Positions 12,293 to 24,806 of a DNA stretch of 64,000 bases are shown piece after piece. The notes beneath the pieces were generated by a model. It ran no database searches and had not been told where the DNA came from. It was given only the letters and a program-made list of their open reading frames with translations. This DNA comes from Azolla caroliniana. Taxonomy: Eukaryota; Plantae; Polypodiophyta. The DNA lies in the NCBI GenBank assembly GCA_043228905.1, contig JBHGNT010000009.1, positions 20,770,001 through 20,834,000 of the forward strand, written 5' to 3'. Each line of letters starts with the position of its first letter. Position 1 is the stretch's first letter. A program made the translations under genes and the position numbers.

Positions 12293-12469
12293 GATGTAGC
12301 TCAGTTGGTAAGGTTGCCCAATGGAGACCAAGTGGTCATGGGTTCAACCCCTACATTCCACAGTGGCATCTAGTGAATTAAGAGATATATAAGAAGTATA
12401 TAATAGAGAGGTGAGGAAGTAGGGTTTCGAACCCACAACGCAGTGCTTGTAGTGCTTGTAATTACGATA
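12293..12469. mobile_element. Module A copy 5
   Basis: GATGTAGCTCAGTTGGTAAGG (best A box)...GGGTTCAACCCC...GGGTTTCGAACCC...TAATTACGATA. Confidence 0.7.
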
Positions 12470-12483
12470 GAGATAGAGATAGA

Positions 12484-12843
12484 CAATTGAGTCTTTTGTT
12501 TATTATCCGACGTATTCACTTCCTTACCAGAATTGGGGTTCAAATAAAAGTCGGAGAGTAAACTAAATGATTCTCTATCGGGAACTTCTCTTGGCACAAC
12601 CCCTTCCGGTTGAGATAAAATCTGATCTGCTATGTTCAAATAAAAATTACAAACATAATTCAGGTCCGGTTGAAATTCAGCCATTTCAAACAAAGTCTTT
12701 CCTTTTACTCGTGATACTCGAATGTCTTCTATTAGAGGTAGTACTTCTAGTACAGGCATGGGACAAGCCTCTACGTATTTATCGATAAGGTCTCTTTGAG
12801 ATGTACGATTTCCTACTAGACCAGCTAATCGCAATGGATGCGT
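12484..12843 (-). pseudogene. chlL: Plastid-derived fragment (NUPT) of chlL, C-terminal part
   Basis: [56 protein letters not shown]...[17 protein letters not shown] is the conserved ChlL C-terminus. No start codon; bounded by (GATAGA)n/(GA)n. Confidence 0.93.
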
Positions 12844-12863
12844 ATAGAGATAGAGATAGAGAT

Positions 12864-12924
<61 letters not shown>

Positions 12925-12930
12925 TTAATT

Positions 12931-13090
12931 GGCACAATGGAGACCAGAAGGTCATGGGTTGAACCCCTACATTCCACTCTGGCATCTAGTAAATTGAGAA
13001 CATATGTATAGAGTAATATGTATATTGAGAAATTTGGGCCTCAGATCGAAGACCTAAGGCTTGTAATCATAGGGTAAGCTAATTACGATA
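12931..13090. mobile_element. Module A copy 6 (more diverged)
   Basis: CAATGGAGACCAGAAGGTCATGGGTTGAACCCCTACATTCCAC...AGGGTAAGCTAATTACGATA. Confidence 0.65.
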
Positions 13091-14557
13091 AGAAAAGGCA
13101 ATGAAGGATTTTAATTTTGTCTACAAAGGTCAAATATGACCAACTTTTGATGTAAGGGACAAAGACAGAGATAGAAAGAGAGGCATCATGTCCCTAACGA
13201 TGTGTGTAGAGATTAGGGATGTCATGGAACCAAGATAACATTTTTGCGTTATTACATGTGAAAGTGAGCAGAGACTCTCAATGTTCAAGACACTAATGAA
13301 TGTACTATGATTTTATTGCGACTATAGAGATTGTTAGAGTCTATGGACTTGGACATTTACAACTGAATTACAATTTACATTCACCCTTTACTTTGACCCC
13401 ATATACGATCTTTGCTCTTATTATGGGGTGTAAGTTAATATTTATGGGTAGAACAAGAAGTCCCATTATCTCCTACATGGATCATACAATCATCCTACAA
13501 TTATGCTTCTTCTATTGCCCCTTCTATACAAAGTGGATATTGTGTCCATGCGTCATGATAGGTAGTGACAGTGATAGTAGGAGCTCTTATTGTGAGGTGA
13601 AAACCCCTTGCAATCAATCTTAAACTACTTATACATTGGCGAACTATAATGGGAACTTTAAGGAATTTGCTAAAAATAAAGGAGATTACATTAGCATTTT
13701 AGAATATTACCCTATCAAACCTAACCTACCCATGAATAACATGAAATGAATCTATGCCATGTCCATGTCCAAGGTAAAGTTCACTCAAAGATTAAGCCCT
13801 AGTTCTTGATTCAATTACATCAAAGCCTAAAGACTTTCATATGTAGACAACTTGGTTTCAAAGTTTCAAAAATCCCATATTCTTTACCTTTACACACTCC
13901 CATTTTATTTGCAGAATTAAATGAGCTTTAGGTATGATCTTCCAAATAATTTGTTACAACAGAGAACATCTAGTCATGTTTTTATGTCCTACCCATCCAA
14001 CTCATTTTAAGTAGCATTTAATCCACATTGGAAGATTTTTTCCCAAAATCTTCTAAATTTTGTGTTCCTTCTTTGGGTCAAAAACTAAATACATCTACCA
14101 AGAATATTTCGATGTTCTCATATATTTTGATCCACAATTACATGCATATTTCGTTCCTTTCAACTACAGTTCTCTTCTCCTACGGTTGGGGACAAAAACA
14201 CTTTTTTTTTGCTACTTCAAATCCTTTCCTTTTTAAAACACCATCTACCTTACCACCACTATCCTCAACACTTGTAACTTGCAAATGTCATTTGAGATTG
14301 TCTCTCAAAACTTTAATTACATGATAAATATTTTTGGGCATGACAATGATGTTTGCATCATAAGGCTACAATGACATCAGATTTGAGAAGAAAAAAAAGA
14401 AAGGAATAGAGATTTCTTTTACAATACGAGATCAATTAATCTGAAAAGCATTCAATCATCAACTCCAACTCCAACACATGTTAGGCAGTTTACATCAATC
14501 TTTAAATAGGGATAAAAACTATCATAATCAAAACAAGCAATTGCTTTTTAGTTGGAG

Positions 14558-17500
14558 TTACAAAAATGCGCTGCCTTTGAAAACAGCTTCTGCGGGCCCA
14601 GTCATGTATATATGGTTATTTTCTCTCCATTCTATCTCCAATGGTCCCCCAGGCAGATCAACCGTACATTTCTGCAAACATGTCATATTAGATAATAATA
14701 TTTACAAGCTGAATCTTGATGACATCATTACTCATTTTCGAGCTTCAACAACAAATTCATATTTTATTATTACATACGTCAACATAAAATTAATATTTTA
14801 TTAACTCATTGTTTCAATATGAGTGTTAATACTCATCGATCAAACCTTATCAATCCGGCCCTCTAGAACACCTGCTACAACTATTGCACAAGCTCCTGTG
14901 CCACAAGCAAGTGTTGCCCCTGGATCATTTACATCATTAAATAAGCAAGCAGAATTTAGTTTAGAAAAGGACTGGAGCACACAGTAAAGCTAGATATTTT
15001 GAACCCTCCTAAAGAGTCAGACCTTTGGAAAGCTAAATTAAACCTTCTACTAAAGTATTATATTCTAGCATACATAATGTAAAAAAAACAGCAGAAATCA
15101 GAATTTCCCTTGGACACTATCAATTAGACCAAATTAACTTGCCATTATTATGTAAACTTCAGATGACCAAATAAAAAACAAATTACAAATTTGTTTTTTG
15201 AACAGAACATCTGCAAACAATGTCCCACTTACCAGCACCACGCTCCCAGACCCTCATGCGCACATGTGATGAGGAAAGAACTTGTACAAACTCTGACAAC
15301 AGAATATATAATGAGTCTATTGAAACTGAACATATAATTCTTTCAGGAAACACTTTATTGGGTAAAAGCTTCAAACAAACATCATACCAGTATTTGTTCT
15401 TGCAGGAAACACTTCATTATGTTCAAAAAGTGGACCAATTTTCTCAAGCGGCAATGAACTCAAATCAAATGACTAGAGACAATAGCCAAATAATATGGAT
15501 TAAACCCATATGAGATATAATCCAAATCAAGGTTTCATATGAGATCTTCTAACGAATATCAATACCTCGCCACTCTCTTTTGAGAAAACAACACAATGTG
15601 GATTCCCCATACTAACACAAGTAACCAACCATGTCTCTCCTTCAATTACTAATGGTACTTTAACAGCACATCCATTTTTGTTTCCAGGTAATGTTGTTGG
15701 CACATCCGGCGCATTTAGTATCGGTGGTCCCATATCTACTTCAACCTGTAAATAATAGATCAGCCCCAAAAAGTAGATTAGAGACCATAATCTGACTGAA
15801 CTTTCTATGCTACTTGCAGAGGATCCCGTTTTTTATTTTTATCCATTGAACAGTTCATGGAAACAATGCTCTAAGAGACATACACTCATGTGTCTGGGGC
15901 TAAAATACATGCAGGAAAAACTGTCAATAAGACTAAGACTGTGGAACCACATGGTTTTCCCACCCTGGAGTGTATGTGAAACAGCCAGAAGACAATAATT
16001 TAAAATAATAAGAAAGAGAAACATAATTAACTAAGCCATCGAACTAGTTTCAGTATGATAGGATGGTCAGTCGAACTAGTTACTTTGGGGTATTAGGGTT
16101 CTTCTTTGGGGAGATTCTTCTTCTCCAATTTTTCTATTTTCTGAGGGTAATTTGATTACAATGATTCTGAGGGCTTTATTGAAGCGAAACTTGAGTTGAT
16201 GGAGTCTAGTGGTGGGATAAAAATACATTCGCGAAATAGAGAGCAAGCAAACTCTAAGCTATCCTACAGGGTTATGTCTGTTACTTTGTTTATTCTGCAC
16301 AGTAGAAAATCCGAACAGTCACCAATAGGGCAGACCAATGTACATGATTAAAATCCAATGTGTTTGAAGGGGCAGCCTTGACAAAGCTCCATTTGGTGCC
16401 CAACAACTCTCATGACTCAGGTACGGCTTCAAGGATGACATATGTACCCAATCAGAGAGCAAAGAGAGTGAAGCCAGAGTTGATTCACCATCTGACTGCA
16501 CAACACCGATCCTAAAGGCTCCACCAACACCCAAGAGGCCACCAATGGCCAGTGTTGTTAAGTGTGTGCTACCCTAATATAGCTTGAAATGAGAGAATGT
16601 GTATTGTTTGGAGGCGGTTCACATTGTGTGCCATTGGCAACATCACACTAGCACCACTTCCAATCCTCCCACACCTTCCACTACACCGTCACCTGACATT
16701 TCCCTCTTTCCAAAGACTGATATGGCATACCCATATCATAAACATTGTGAAGGAATCAGTGCAAAAGAGCATGTTGCCATGACATGGCGTTTCCAAGTAC
16801 AACTACAGAAATTTATGTAAATGAAAGGAAAATACTATAATAAAAAACCAATGGTCTAATGGATAAGGCCATTGATTGCATGGAAGAAAGCCAGGGTTCG
16901 AATTCCAGCACATGTGTGGGAATCATCTACCCCTTTTTGCATTTCGATGAAAAAGAGGGTAGGTGTGCATGTAGTATAGAGCATGTGCCCCTTCTCTCAC
17001 TATAAATGGGGTGTTGATGTCTTATTTTGGGGGTTGGTTCGATTTTTTGGGGTTAGCTTTCGGTTTGCTTGGTTCACGCGAAAAAGCCAAAGAGACAGAA
17101 TTCAGAAGCTTGGAAGGATGCAAGAAGAGGGTGCGAGGATCCTACACCAACAACAGGCAGTGTAGCCATTGGAAGTAGGCACATGCCCCTTCAAAACCGT
17201 AAGCACTTTGATTGTGTACACACCCGTTAGTTGCAACACATGCTGGTTGATTCTCCAAGCTCCCGTTGTATTACACAATGGGGGAATTACACAAGAATAT
17301 CCCCACGAAGGGTTTCATGAAGGCTTTAAGAACCTTTTCGACAACATCAGTAGCACACGCATGTGCATTTACACAATGTGGAGACACTCATCTCTGTATA
17401 AAATGCCAATAACTAAGATCAACACCTCAACGTCCCCAATGGCAACATCTCAGAGGATGGAGTTAAGGCCCTCCTTGGATAACCAAGGTGCCAGCTGATA

Positions 17501-20500
17501 TAATCAGTTACTGCCCAGCCAATTCCCACCTTTCTATGCAAGAGGCCTACAGCCGCTTTAACATGGTATATCAGCTCCTCCATGAGACACTGCCCAAGTT
17601 CCTCACCGAGTTTGAGCACTTGTTGCGCCAAATTCTGTTCCAGCTGCAGGAAGTGGACCTGAAAGCCATCTCGAAGTCGCCCATAAGCAAGCCCCTCCAT
17701 ACCCACATCGGACTGATGAACTTTGCGATCACATGATCAAGCCCATGAAGAAAAGGATTCAGGATCTGAACCACAGCCAGCGACTGAGCCCCTTCAACAT
17801 GCATGATCTAGCCAAATGCCTTTACACAACCAAAGAGCTAAACTCCTGCCAGACGATGCAATGTAGTGTAGCAACCAACAATTCCAATAAGAGATTTCTA
17901 TCTCCAGCATTCACTCTACAAACTAGTAGTGAGTACAACATGCCCACTCAGACAATGACTATAGTGCACTAAGTCAAGGCCCTATTTGTCAACATTGACA
18001 TACACCTCTATGCCATATGAAGTGCACATCGTACAAATCAGCTTTCTCTATACGCACAGGTGTAGTATTCACATTGATGGACCAGTGCTGATGTGCTGCA
18101 GGTACGCACATTGCAACAAAAGGCACACCTCAGGATGAGCTGCGGCAGAAGACCCTAGCCTACATAGAATACGTTAACACAAAGAATGTTTCCCACATGG
18201 CGATTGATAACGCCCTACAAACTCCTCTGTAAGTAGGTGAGCACAGCCACATGGCAGTGGCCCGCCAGCGCCAAGCCCCGACCACCAATAATATTTGGTT
18301 AGCATTACAGGCCAGCAAGGTGACACTACCACTCAATTAGCTTTTAACTCTCATGCTGATTTTCAATACACAGTTTAATTGGTTGACAGGTGTTGCATCT
18401 GTGGAATTATTGATCATCACAAATATGCCATTGACAAACCCCAGTACCGCTCCCTAGTGCTCAATCAGCACTCTCCAATATTCAACCTCCCCATCCACAG
18501 GTTTAAAGTCCCACAGGTTGTATTTGAAGTGGTCAGCATCAATGTGATCTCAGAGCACACCTGCAAATGGTTGGTCTTAGCAACATGAAAAGTCTATCCA
18601 TCTTGCTTCCAAATGTTGGACAACCGATCAGTGCACCCACTTTACCTAATCAGGGACCTCACTGTTCATGCTAGGGGTTACCCTTCCAATATTTCAGTGG
18701 TCATTCTTCACTTGACTGACACTAGCTCCTACCCTTATCTCTTGAGCACACCCTGTCTGAATAATTGTTGGTGTTATGAATGCCAAGTTTAACCATCTTG
18801 CTTCCAAATGCTGGACAACCGATCAGTGCACCCACTTTACCTAATCGGGGACCTCACTGTCCATGCTAGGGGTTACCCTTCCAATATTTCAGTGGTCATT
18901 CTTCACTTGACTGACACTAGCTCCTACCCTTATCTCTTGAGCACACCCTGTCTGAATAATTGTTGGTGTTATGGATGCCAAGTTTAACCATCTTGCTTCC
19001 AAATGCTGGACAACTGATCAGTGCACCCACTTTACCTAATCAGGGACCTCACTGTCCATGCTAGGGGTTACCCTTCCAATATTTCAGTGGTCATTCTTCA
19101 CTTGACTGACACTAGCTCCTACCCTTATCTCTTGAGCACACCCTGTCTGAATAATTGTTGGTGTTATGGATGCCAAGTTTAACCATCTTGCTTCCAAATG
19201 CTGGACAACCGATCAGTGCACCCACTTTACCTAATCGGGAACCTCACTGTCCATGCTAGGGGTTACCCTTCCAATATTTCAGTGGTCATTCTTCACTTGA
19301 CTGACACTAGCTCCTACCCTTATCTCTTGAGCACACCCTGTCTGAATAATTGTTGGTGTTATGGATGCCAAGTTTAACCATCTTGCTTCCAAATGCTGGA
19401 CAACCGATCAGTGCACCCACTTTACCTAATCGGGGACCTCACTGTCCATGCTAGGGGTTACCCTTCCAATATTTCAGTGGTCATTCTTCACTTGACTGAC
19501 ACTAGCTCCTACCCTCATCTCTTGGACACACCCTGTCTGAATAATTGTTGGTATTATGGATACCAAGTTTAACAGCGACATAGAAGCTCACCCCATGGTT
19601 CGGACGGAGATCTGTCCTGAATCTCTGGCAGAATCACCATGGCATGATGCACTACACAATGACCCACAGGTCCAATAATGTGCAAGAAATAGTGGTGGTG
19701 GAACATATAGCCTACAATTGCCCTTCTTGCAGAAGCCCATGAACTTCATTTGGCAATACAAAGATGTGTTTGCTGATTCTATCAGCAAAAACTCCAGCTC
19801 ACAATGGATGTTATTCCGGTTTCAGCACAATTGGTATTGTCTTAATCCCAAATACCTTCCATAGGTGGAGATTAACAGTCTTCTCCATGTCCTAATTCAT
19901 TCGGCAGGTCAAGTATATGACATAGCTCTGTCCAATTGTGATTGTCCTCAGGAAGAACGGGAAAACAGTGGTAGGGCATGAAATGCACCACTTCTTGGCC
20001 AGCTTCAGTGGTTACAATCAAGTCTGCATGGCTTCGGAATCATTAGAACACCATGCACATCATGAAGTGGGGGGTGATCGTTGCAATCTTAATGATGGTT
20101 GGGCTCAAAACGTCCCCAATGAACTTCAAGTGAATCATTGTCGAGATATTTGAACCCTTCATGCAAGCCTTTCAAGACGCCTTTGTGGTGCTAGGGTAGA
20201 CAATCACCAATTAAGACACTGAATGCTTCATCTGAAAAAGTGCTGAGCAGCCAGCTCAGTCTAACAATGGCGAATCAACAGCTGTGTGTTCTTGCCCCCG
20301 ACTACACAGACCCACAACCTCAATTGGTCAACAATATTGAAAGTTGGTATAGTATTAATCTTTGTCCCTATTTTGATGGTGTTTACAATCCATAAGCTTG
20401 GTTGAATAGAGGGTGTCGATGGCTCTTCTCGAACATCACCATGGGTTTTGTTTATGCATTCTGATATCCCCCCAACTGGTGACCATTCATACTCTAAAAA

Positions 20501-23089
20501 GAAACTAACAGACACAACATGTTAGAATACCCAAGGTTGGCTGTGTCTATGTACCTCACGGCTCTTCTCGAACATCACCATGGGTTTTGTTTATGCATTC
20601 TGATATCCCCCCAATTGGTGACCATTCATACTCTAAAAAGAAACTAACAGACACAACATGTTAGAATACCCAAGGTTAGCTGTGTCTATGTACCTCACGG
20701 CTCTTCTCGAACATCGCCATGGGTTTTGTTTATGCATTCTGATATCCCCCCAATTGGTGACCATTCATACTCTAAAAAGAAACTAACAGACACAACATGT
20801 TAGAATACCCAAGGTTAGCTGTGTCTGTACCTGATGGTGCTCCTAGTCTTAACATTGTGCAGGAATGGATGACACTCTTGAGTGACGTTCTACCTTGAAT
20901 GTCTCCATTCTTGCCTCTTATCTGTTATTTTGTCTAAGCAAACTACACAAACCAGGGAATGTTTAAGGGAGAGTAGAGTTGGAGATAGATAGTAATGCAG
21001 GTTACGGTGAACTACACAAATTGGGGGATGCATAGTGAGGAGCAGAATTGGGAACCAATAGTAATGTAACACAACACGGCATATTATCACAAGGAATCGG
21101 AAACAGTTTGGTTTTGGCTTGACCAGTTTTGCATTGTCCAAGCCAAACAGGTTAAGCCTTAACCATTTTGGAAGAGTTCAAACCTAAACCAAACCAAACC
21201 CTAAACCAGTTTGGTTTGTACCAGTTACTGATTTCTTTCTGGTTTAATATTGTTTTGCTTTTTGAAATGGTATCTTTATTTCCCTCCGTCTCAATTTCTC
21301 TCTCGATAGAAGTCCTTTCTTTTTTCTGTTTTCTTTTTTTTTTCTCTCTATCAGTTTGAACCGGTTAAGCAGGGCTCAAGTCAAGCAAAACCGATAAAGA
21401 AACCTCAAGCCTGAACCAGGCCGAACCAAGCTACCAAACCGTTTAATGGTTAAACGGCTCAGTTTAGGATTGCGCCAAACCATTGCAGACCCTTGCATCA
21501 TAGAAATCAATATTTCCCACCAGACTTTGTATAGTTAGCAATAATTCAAACTTTAAATTTCAAAACTTAATGGTTGCAAATTACCAGGCCATCCTCTCGA
21601 AGCATTGGAATGATGAGTCCGGCCAGTGTGTGTATGTTATAGCTACAACCAATTCCAAAATTAGCTTGTCAACATTCTCTTCCTCAGACGAAACATTTAC
21701 AAATTATTACAACCAAGTTAGTCATTATAAAAATGAGGTTGACCAGGGCCATTAGTGACAATACCAAAACCATAGGTCATTTGGTAATAAAGAAAATTTT
21801 GGAGGTGTCCCTGGAGTTTTTACATAACAATTATACCTCCGTTGCTCTGTGGTATTCTCCAGTTCAGCTACGAATCTAGCCATGCAACGGATTCCATTTC
21901 CACACATCTGCCATGGTCTCATATCATACAGTAAAGCTTCCCTCATCTTTGAGTTCATTTACCTCATACATGCATAAGGAAAAGAAAGGATGAGAATACC
22001 TCTGGCTCACTACCATCAGAGTTGAAAATCCTCATTGTATAGTCGCTTCCATTGGAACCTGGAAGAGCAAAAATTACTCCATCTCCACCGACTCCAAAGT
22101 TCCGATCACAAAGCTTGGCTGCTTGTTGGGGAGAGATTTTGGGGGTTTCTGAGTCCCTATTGTCTACCTATAACCATGAACAAAAAATTCTGGAAAATCT
22201 AAGGGCATCCTATACCAGTTCCTAAGATTAGGCAATCTTTTCTCTTGATCAAAAATTTTGGAACAAGAAGTCTTCAATATCTCCCTTTAGAGACACAAGC
22301 ACCAGCAATCATAGGATTGTTTCCTTTACAAATTTCTACAGATTTGCGTGTCAATTCCTCACAAACAAAATGTCTGAAAATCTCCTTTAATAGACACACA
22401 AAATCATTTTCTATGGCAACTCCTACATATTGTGTGTTATTATATCATAAAAATTCTTATTATCCAATACCATCTCCACATACTGAAGGCATGATAATAG
22501 AGAGGAAAGCATTGTTGAAGAGAAAGATGCCCTCGTTCATCAAAATTTAGCTAAATTTTTTTCCTTTTCTGCTATTAAATTTCCCGTTCACTTTGTAAAA
22601 TTTTCGTCTTTTCGAATGTTTTTTCATGCAAGAAAAGCAAAACTGGGATGATTTGAACAAGGATTACCAATAAAAAATCATTTCCAAGTCCTTGATATTT
22701 CACGAAGTCCAAATACCCCTGTTGAAATACGGAAGAAATAAGGGCAAAAAACATAAAGTTATCAAGAAAGAGGAAGGAAAACGCTAAAAACAGACAACAA
22801 GAGAGATAGAGAGAGAGTTGGACTGTATGGCAAATACCTTCTTTTCTGAGTCGCTACTTGCATTCGTCACAGATTTCTCCAGCGTAACAGAAGAAGAAGC
22901 CCTTAACATGAGGTAAGGCAATGAAGATCGAATTTGCCGCGAAACGGAATATCCTTTGAAAAGGAAGCTGAATGATGGCTTCTTGAAACGATGCGAATGA
23001 GATGCAGAGATATAGGAAGAAGAAGAAGGAGAAGAAGAGACAGAAGAGACAGAAGAAAGACCCTTGGCTTGAAACGACAAGGTCGCCAT
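14558..23089 (-). CDS. dapF: Diaminopimelate epimerase, chloroplast-targeted (10 exons)
   Basis: Exons 23089-22838, 22718-22668, 22167-22000, 21907-21837, 21642-21585, 15745-15566, 15472-15388, 15292-15233, 14919-14846, 14671-14558, all GT-AG and in frame. Ser-rich transit peptide; motifs [60 protein letters not shown]. Confidence 0.95.
16851..16915 (+). other. Isolated tRNA-like (A box/B box) head, SINE-like, in dapF intron 5
   Basis: TGGTCTAATGGATAAGG ... CCAGGGTTCGAATTCCAG; no convincing anticodon or acceptor stems. Confidence 0.4.
18598..19572 (+). repeat. Tandem repeat, 5 x 195 bp, nearly identical copies
   Basis: Units start CCATCTTGCTTCCAAATG at 18598, 18793, 18988, 19183 and 19378. 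Confidence 0.97.
20421..20826 (+). repeat. Tandem repeat, ~3 x 139 bp
   Basis: Units start GGCTCTTCTCGAACATC at 20421, 20560 and 20699. Confidence 0.96.
21090..21495. mobile_element. MITE-like element (hAT-type, AAACC/GGTTT-rich)
   Basis: CAAGG...CCTTG imperfect termini and many AAACCG/AAACCA motifs; TSD not clear. Confidence 0.5.
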
Positions 23090-23160
23090 CGCTCGCTGAA
23101 GACACAAGCTCGCTGCCTCCAAGCACACTGTGTAGGTAAGTCCTGAACAATGCTACTACT

Positions 23161-23345
23161 AACTAACCTCGGGTTACGTTAACTCGAGGTGGGGTTAACA
23201 TGGGTTACATTAACTCAAAGTGGGGTAGGTTAACCCTACTTCGGTTTAACTTAACTGCAGAAGCGCGACTCTGGGTTAACTTTACCCGAGTCCGGGTTAG
23301 AGTTAGGGTTAGGGTTAGGGTGGTTAGTTTGTCTTGGTCTTTAGA
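23161..23345. promoter_or_regulatory. Palindrome cluster plus (TTAGGG)3 in the dapF proximal promoter
   Basis: Hairpins CCTCGGGTTACGTTAACTCGAGG and GACTCTGGGTTAACTTTACCCGAGTC, followed by GGTTAGAGTTAGGGTTAGGGTTAGGG. A regulatory role is inferred from position only. Confidence 0.35.
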
Positions 23346-24806
23346 CCCTGGCACACTAACACAACCCCGCACACACAATAATTTGTGCCTCTATACACCC
23401 ATGTCTAACACGAATTCCTATTTCTCTAAGGAGTATTTTAATAATTGAAGTTGAAGTTGTCCGAGTTGCATCATTGAATACAGCCACCTCTTTTCTAGCC
23501 AAGTTTTGGAAATGGATAACCTTAGAAACCCAAGGTACTTGAGAAACAAATTTTGTTTGATCTTTAATATATGAGAGATATTTGGCTTCTTTTTTCATGG
23601 TAAGATAGAGAGTACTTTGTTTTGTTTTCGGAGCATTCCACTCAACCGGTTTATTTGGTTCAAGTATTTGGTTATCGGATCCCTATGGATTAACAAAAAA
23701 GATGGAACCATAACCAACTCAAGTTAAGTCAATCAAATTGTATATATCATTAACCTCACTTTACATTTCAGCAAAGCATAAAGATGATAGTGTATGTGTT
23801 AATGTTGAACAATGCTCGTGCTCATGCTCACAATGCTCATTTTGCTCGACAGTACTAACTATGGCCAAAGTGAGCCCTTCTCTACAACCCCTATGCCACA
23901 CTCGAAACACAATGTACAGGTTCATTTTGCATTTGATTAGAAGATAGTGGGTGAATTGGGGATATTTTAATGCACGAATTTAATGGTGCCCAAGGTAACC
24001 CATGGACCTATTTAGAGCCCTCCTAGGTAAACTTCCTATGCGTCACCAAGGTTTTGCCTTGGAGTGGGTGAGAGAAAATGGTGTGGACATATGATTGCGT
24101 GAACAAGTGATAAGTAAAGATTTATCATGCATGTAGGCCTCAAATGAGAGTACCCCAAACTTCTGCACCAAGTAAAATCCTTTTATAGTACTAAGCAAAT
24201 CATTTTCACTCAATGCCTCCACACTAAGCGCAACAATAAGAGCTCTATCTATTATGAAAAACTAAAAAGCAAAATTGGGGGGTGTGTTGATATCGTTATA
24301 TAGTGTCCGTTTTTAACCAAGTACACATTCTATCAAATTGTAAGGTTTTACCTCAACGGAGATTCAACATTTCCCCAATTATCAAACTTGTACTCACAGT
24401 GAATTTAAATCGTCTAGCCAAGATAATAAGTTTTCACAAATCAGAACACAGCGATGAGAAACACTTCCATATCCGCAAATTGCTCATCTTCCTTCATATC
24501 AATATTCGAAAGTGAAAACATTAACCCATTTCATTCAAAGTCATCATGACTCATCAAAACCATACAATTTCGTTGGATGCATCAGGAACTATTGAGCTGT
24601 CTAAATTCTAATCATTCTAAAATCACATTGCTCAGAAATCCATGCTACGTTAGAAAGTGACCAATAATTACTGATGAATTGAGTCAAAATTTCAATAGTT
24701 TCCAGACAGATTTAAGAAAATACATTTGCTATCCGCAAACTTTTCACTGTTATCTCATGTAAATTCTTAAAATTCTCAATAGAATGTGATGCTGCAGAAC
24801 AAAAAT

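Larger units (their letters stand above)
17400..20830 (+). mobile_element. Heavily decayed Ty3/gypsy gag-pol relic in dapF intron 5 (boundaries approximate)
   Basis: Protease-like [21 protein letters not shown] at ~18500. RT-like [19 protein letters not shown] (cf. GHEMLSFLDGFSGYNQI) at ~19970-20025 and GLKN-like at ~20100. The order PR then RT fits gypsy. Confidence 0.6.

Noticed and set aside
12370-12834. Functional nuclear chlL gene (154-aa ORF)
   Set aside because: Only the C-terminal part is present, with no ATG or transit peptide; the ORF tail is read-through into microsatellite and module A.
2006-13090. CRISPR-like array
   Set aside because: Eukaryotic context, no cas genes, separators are variable microsatellites, and the modules are themselves repeated.
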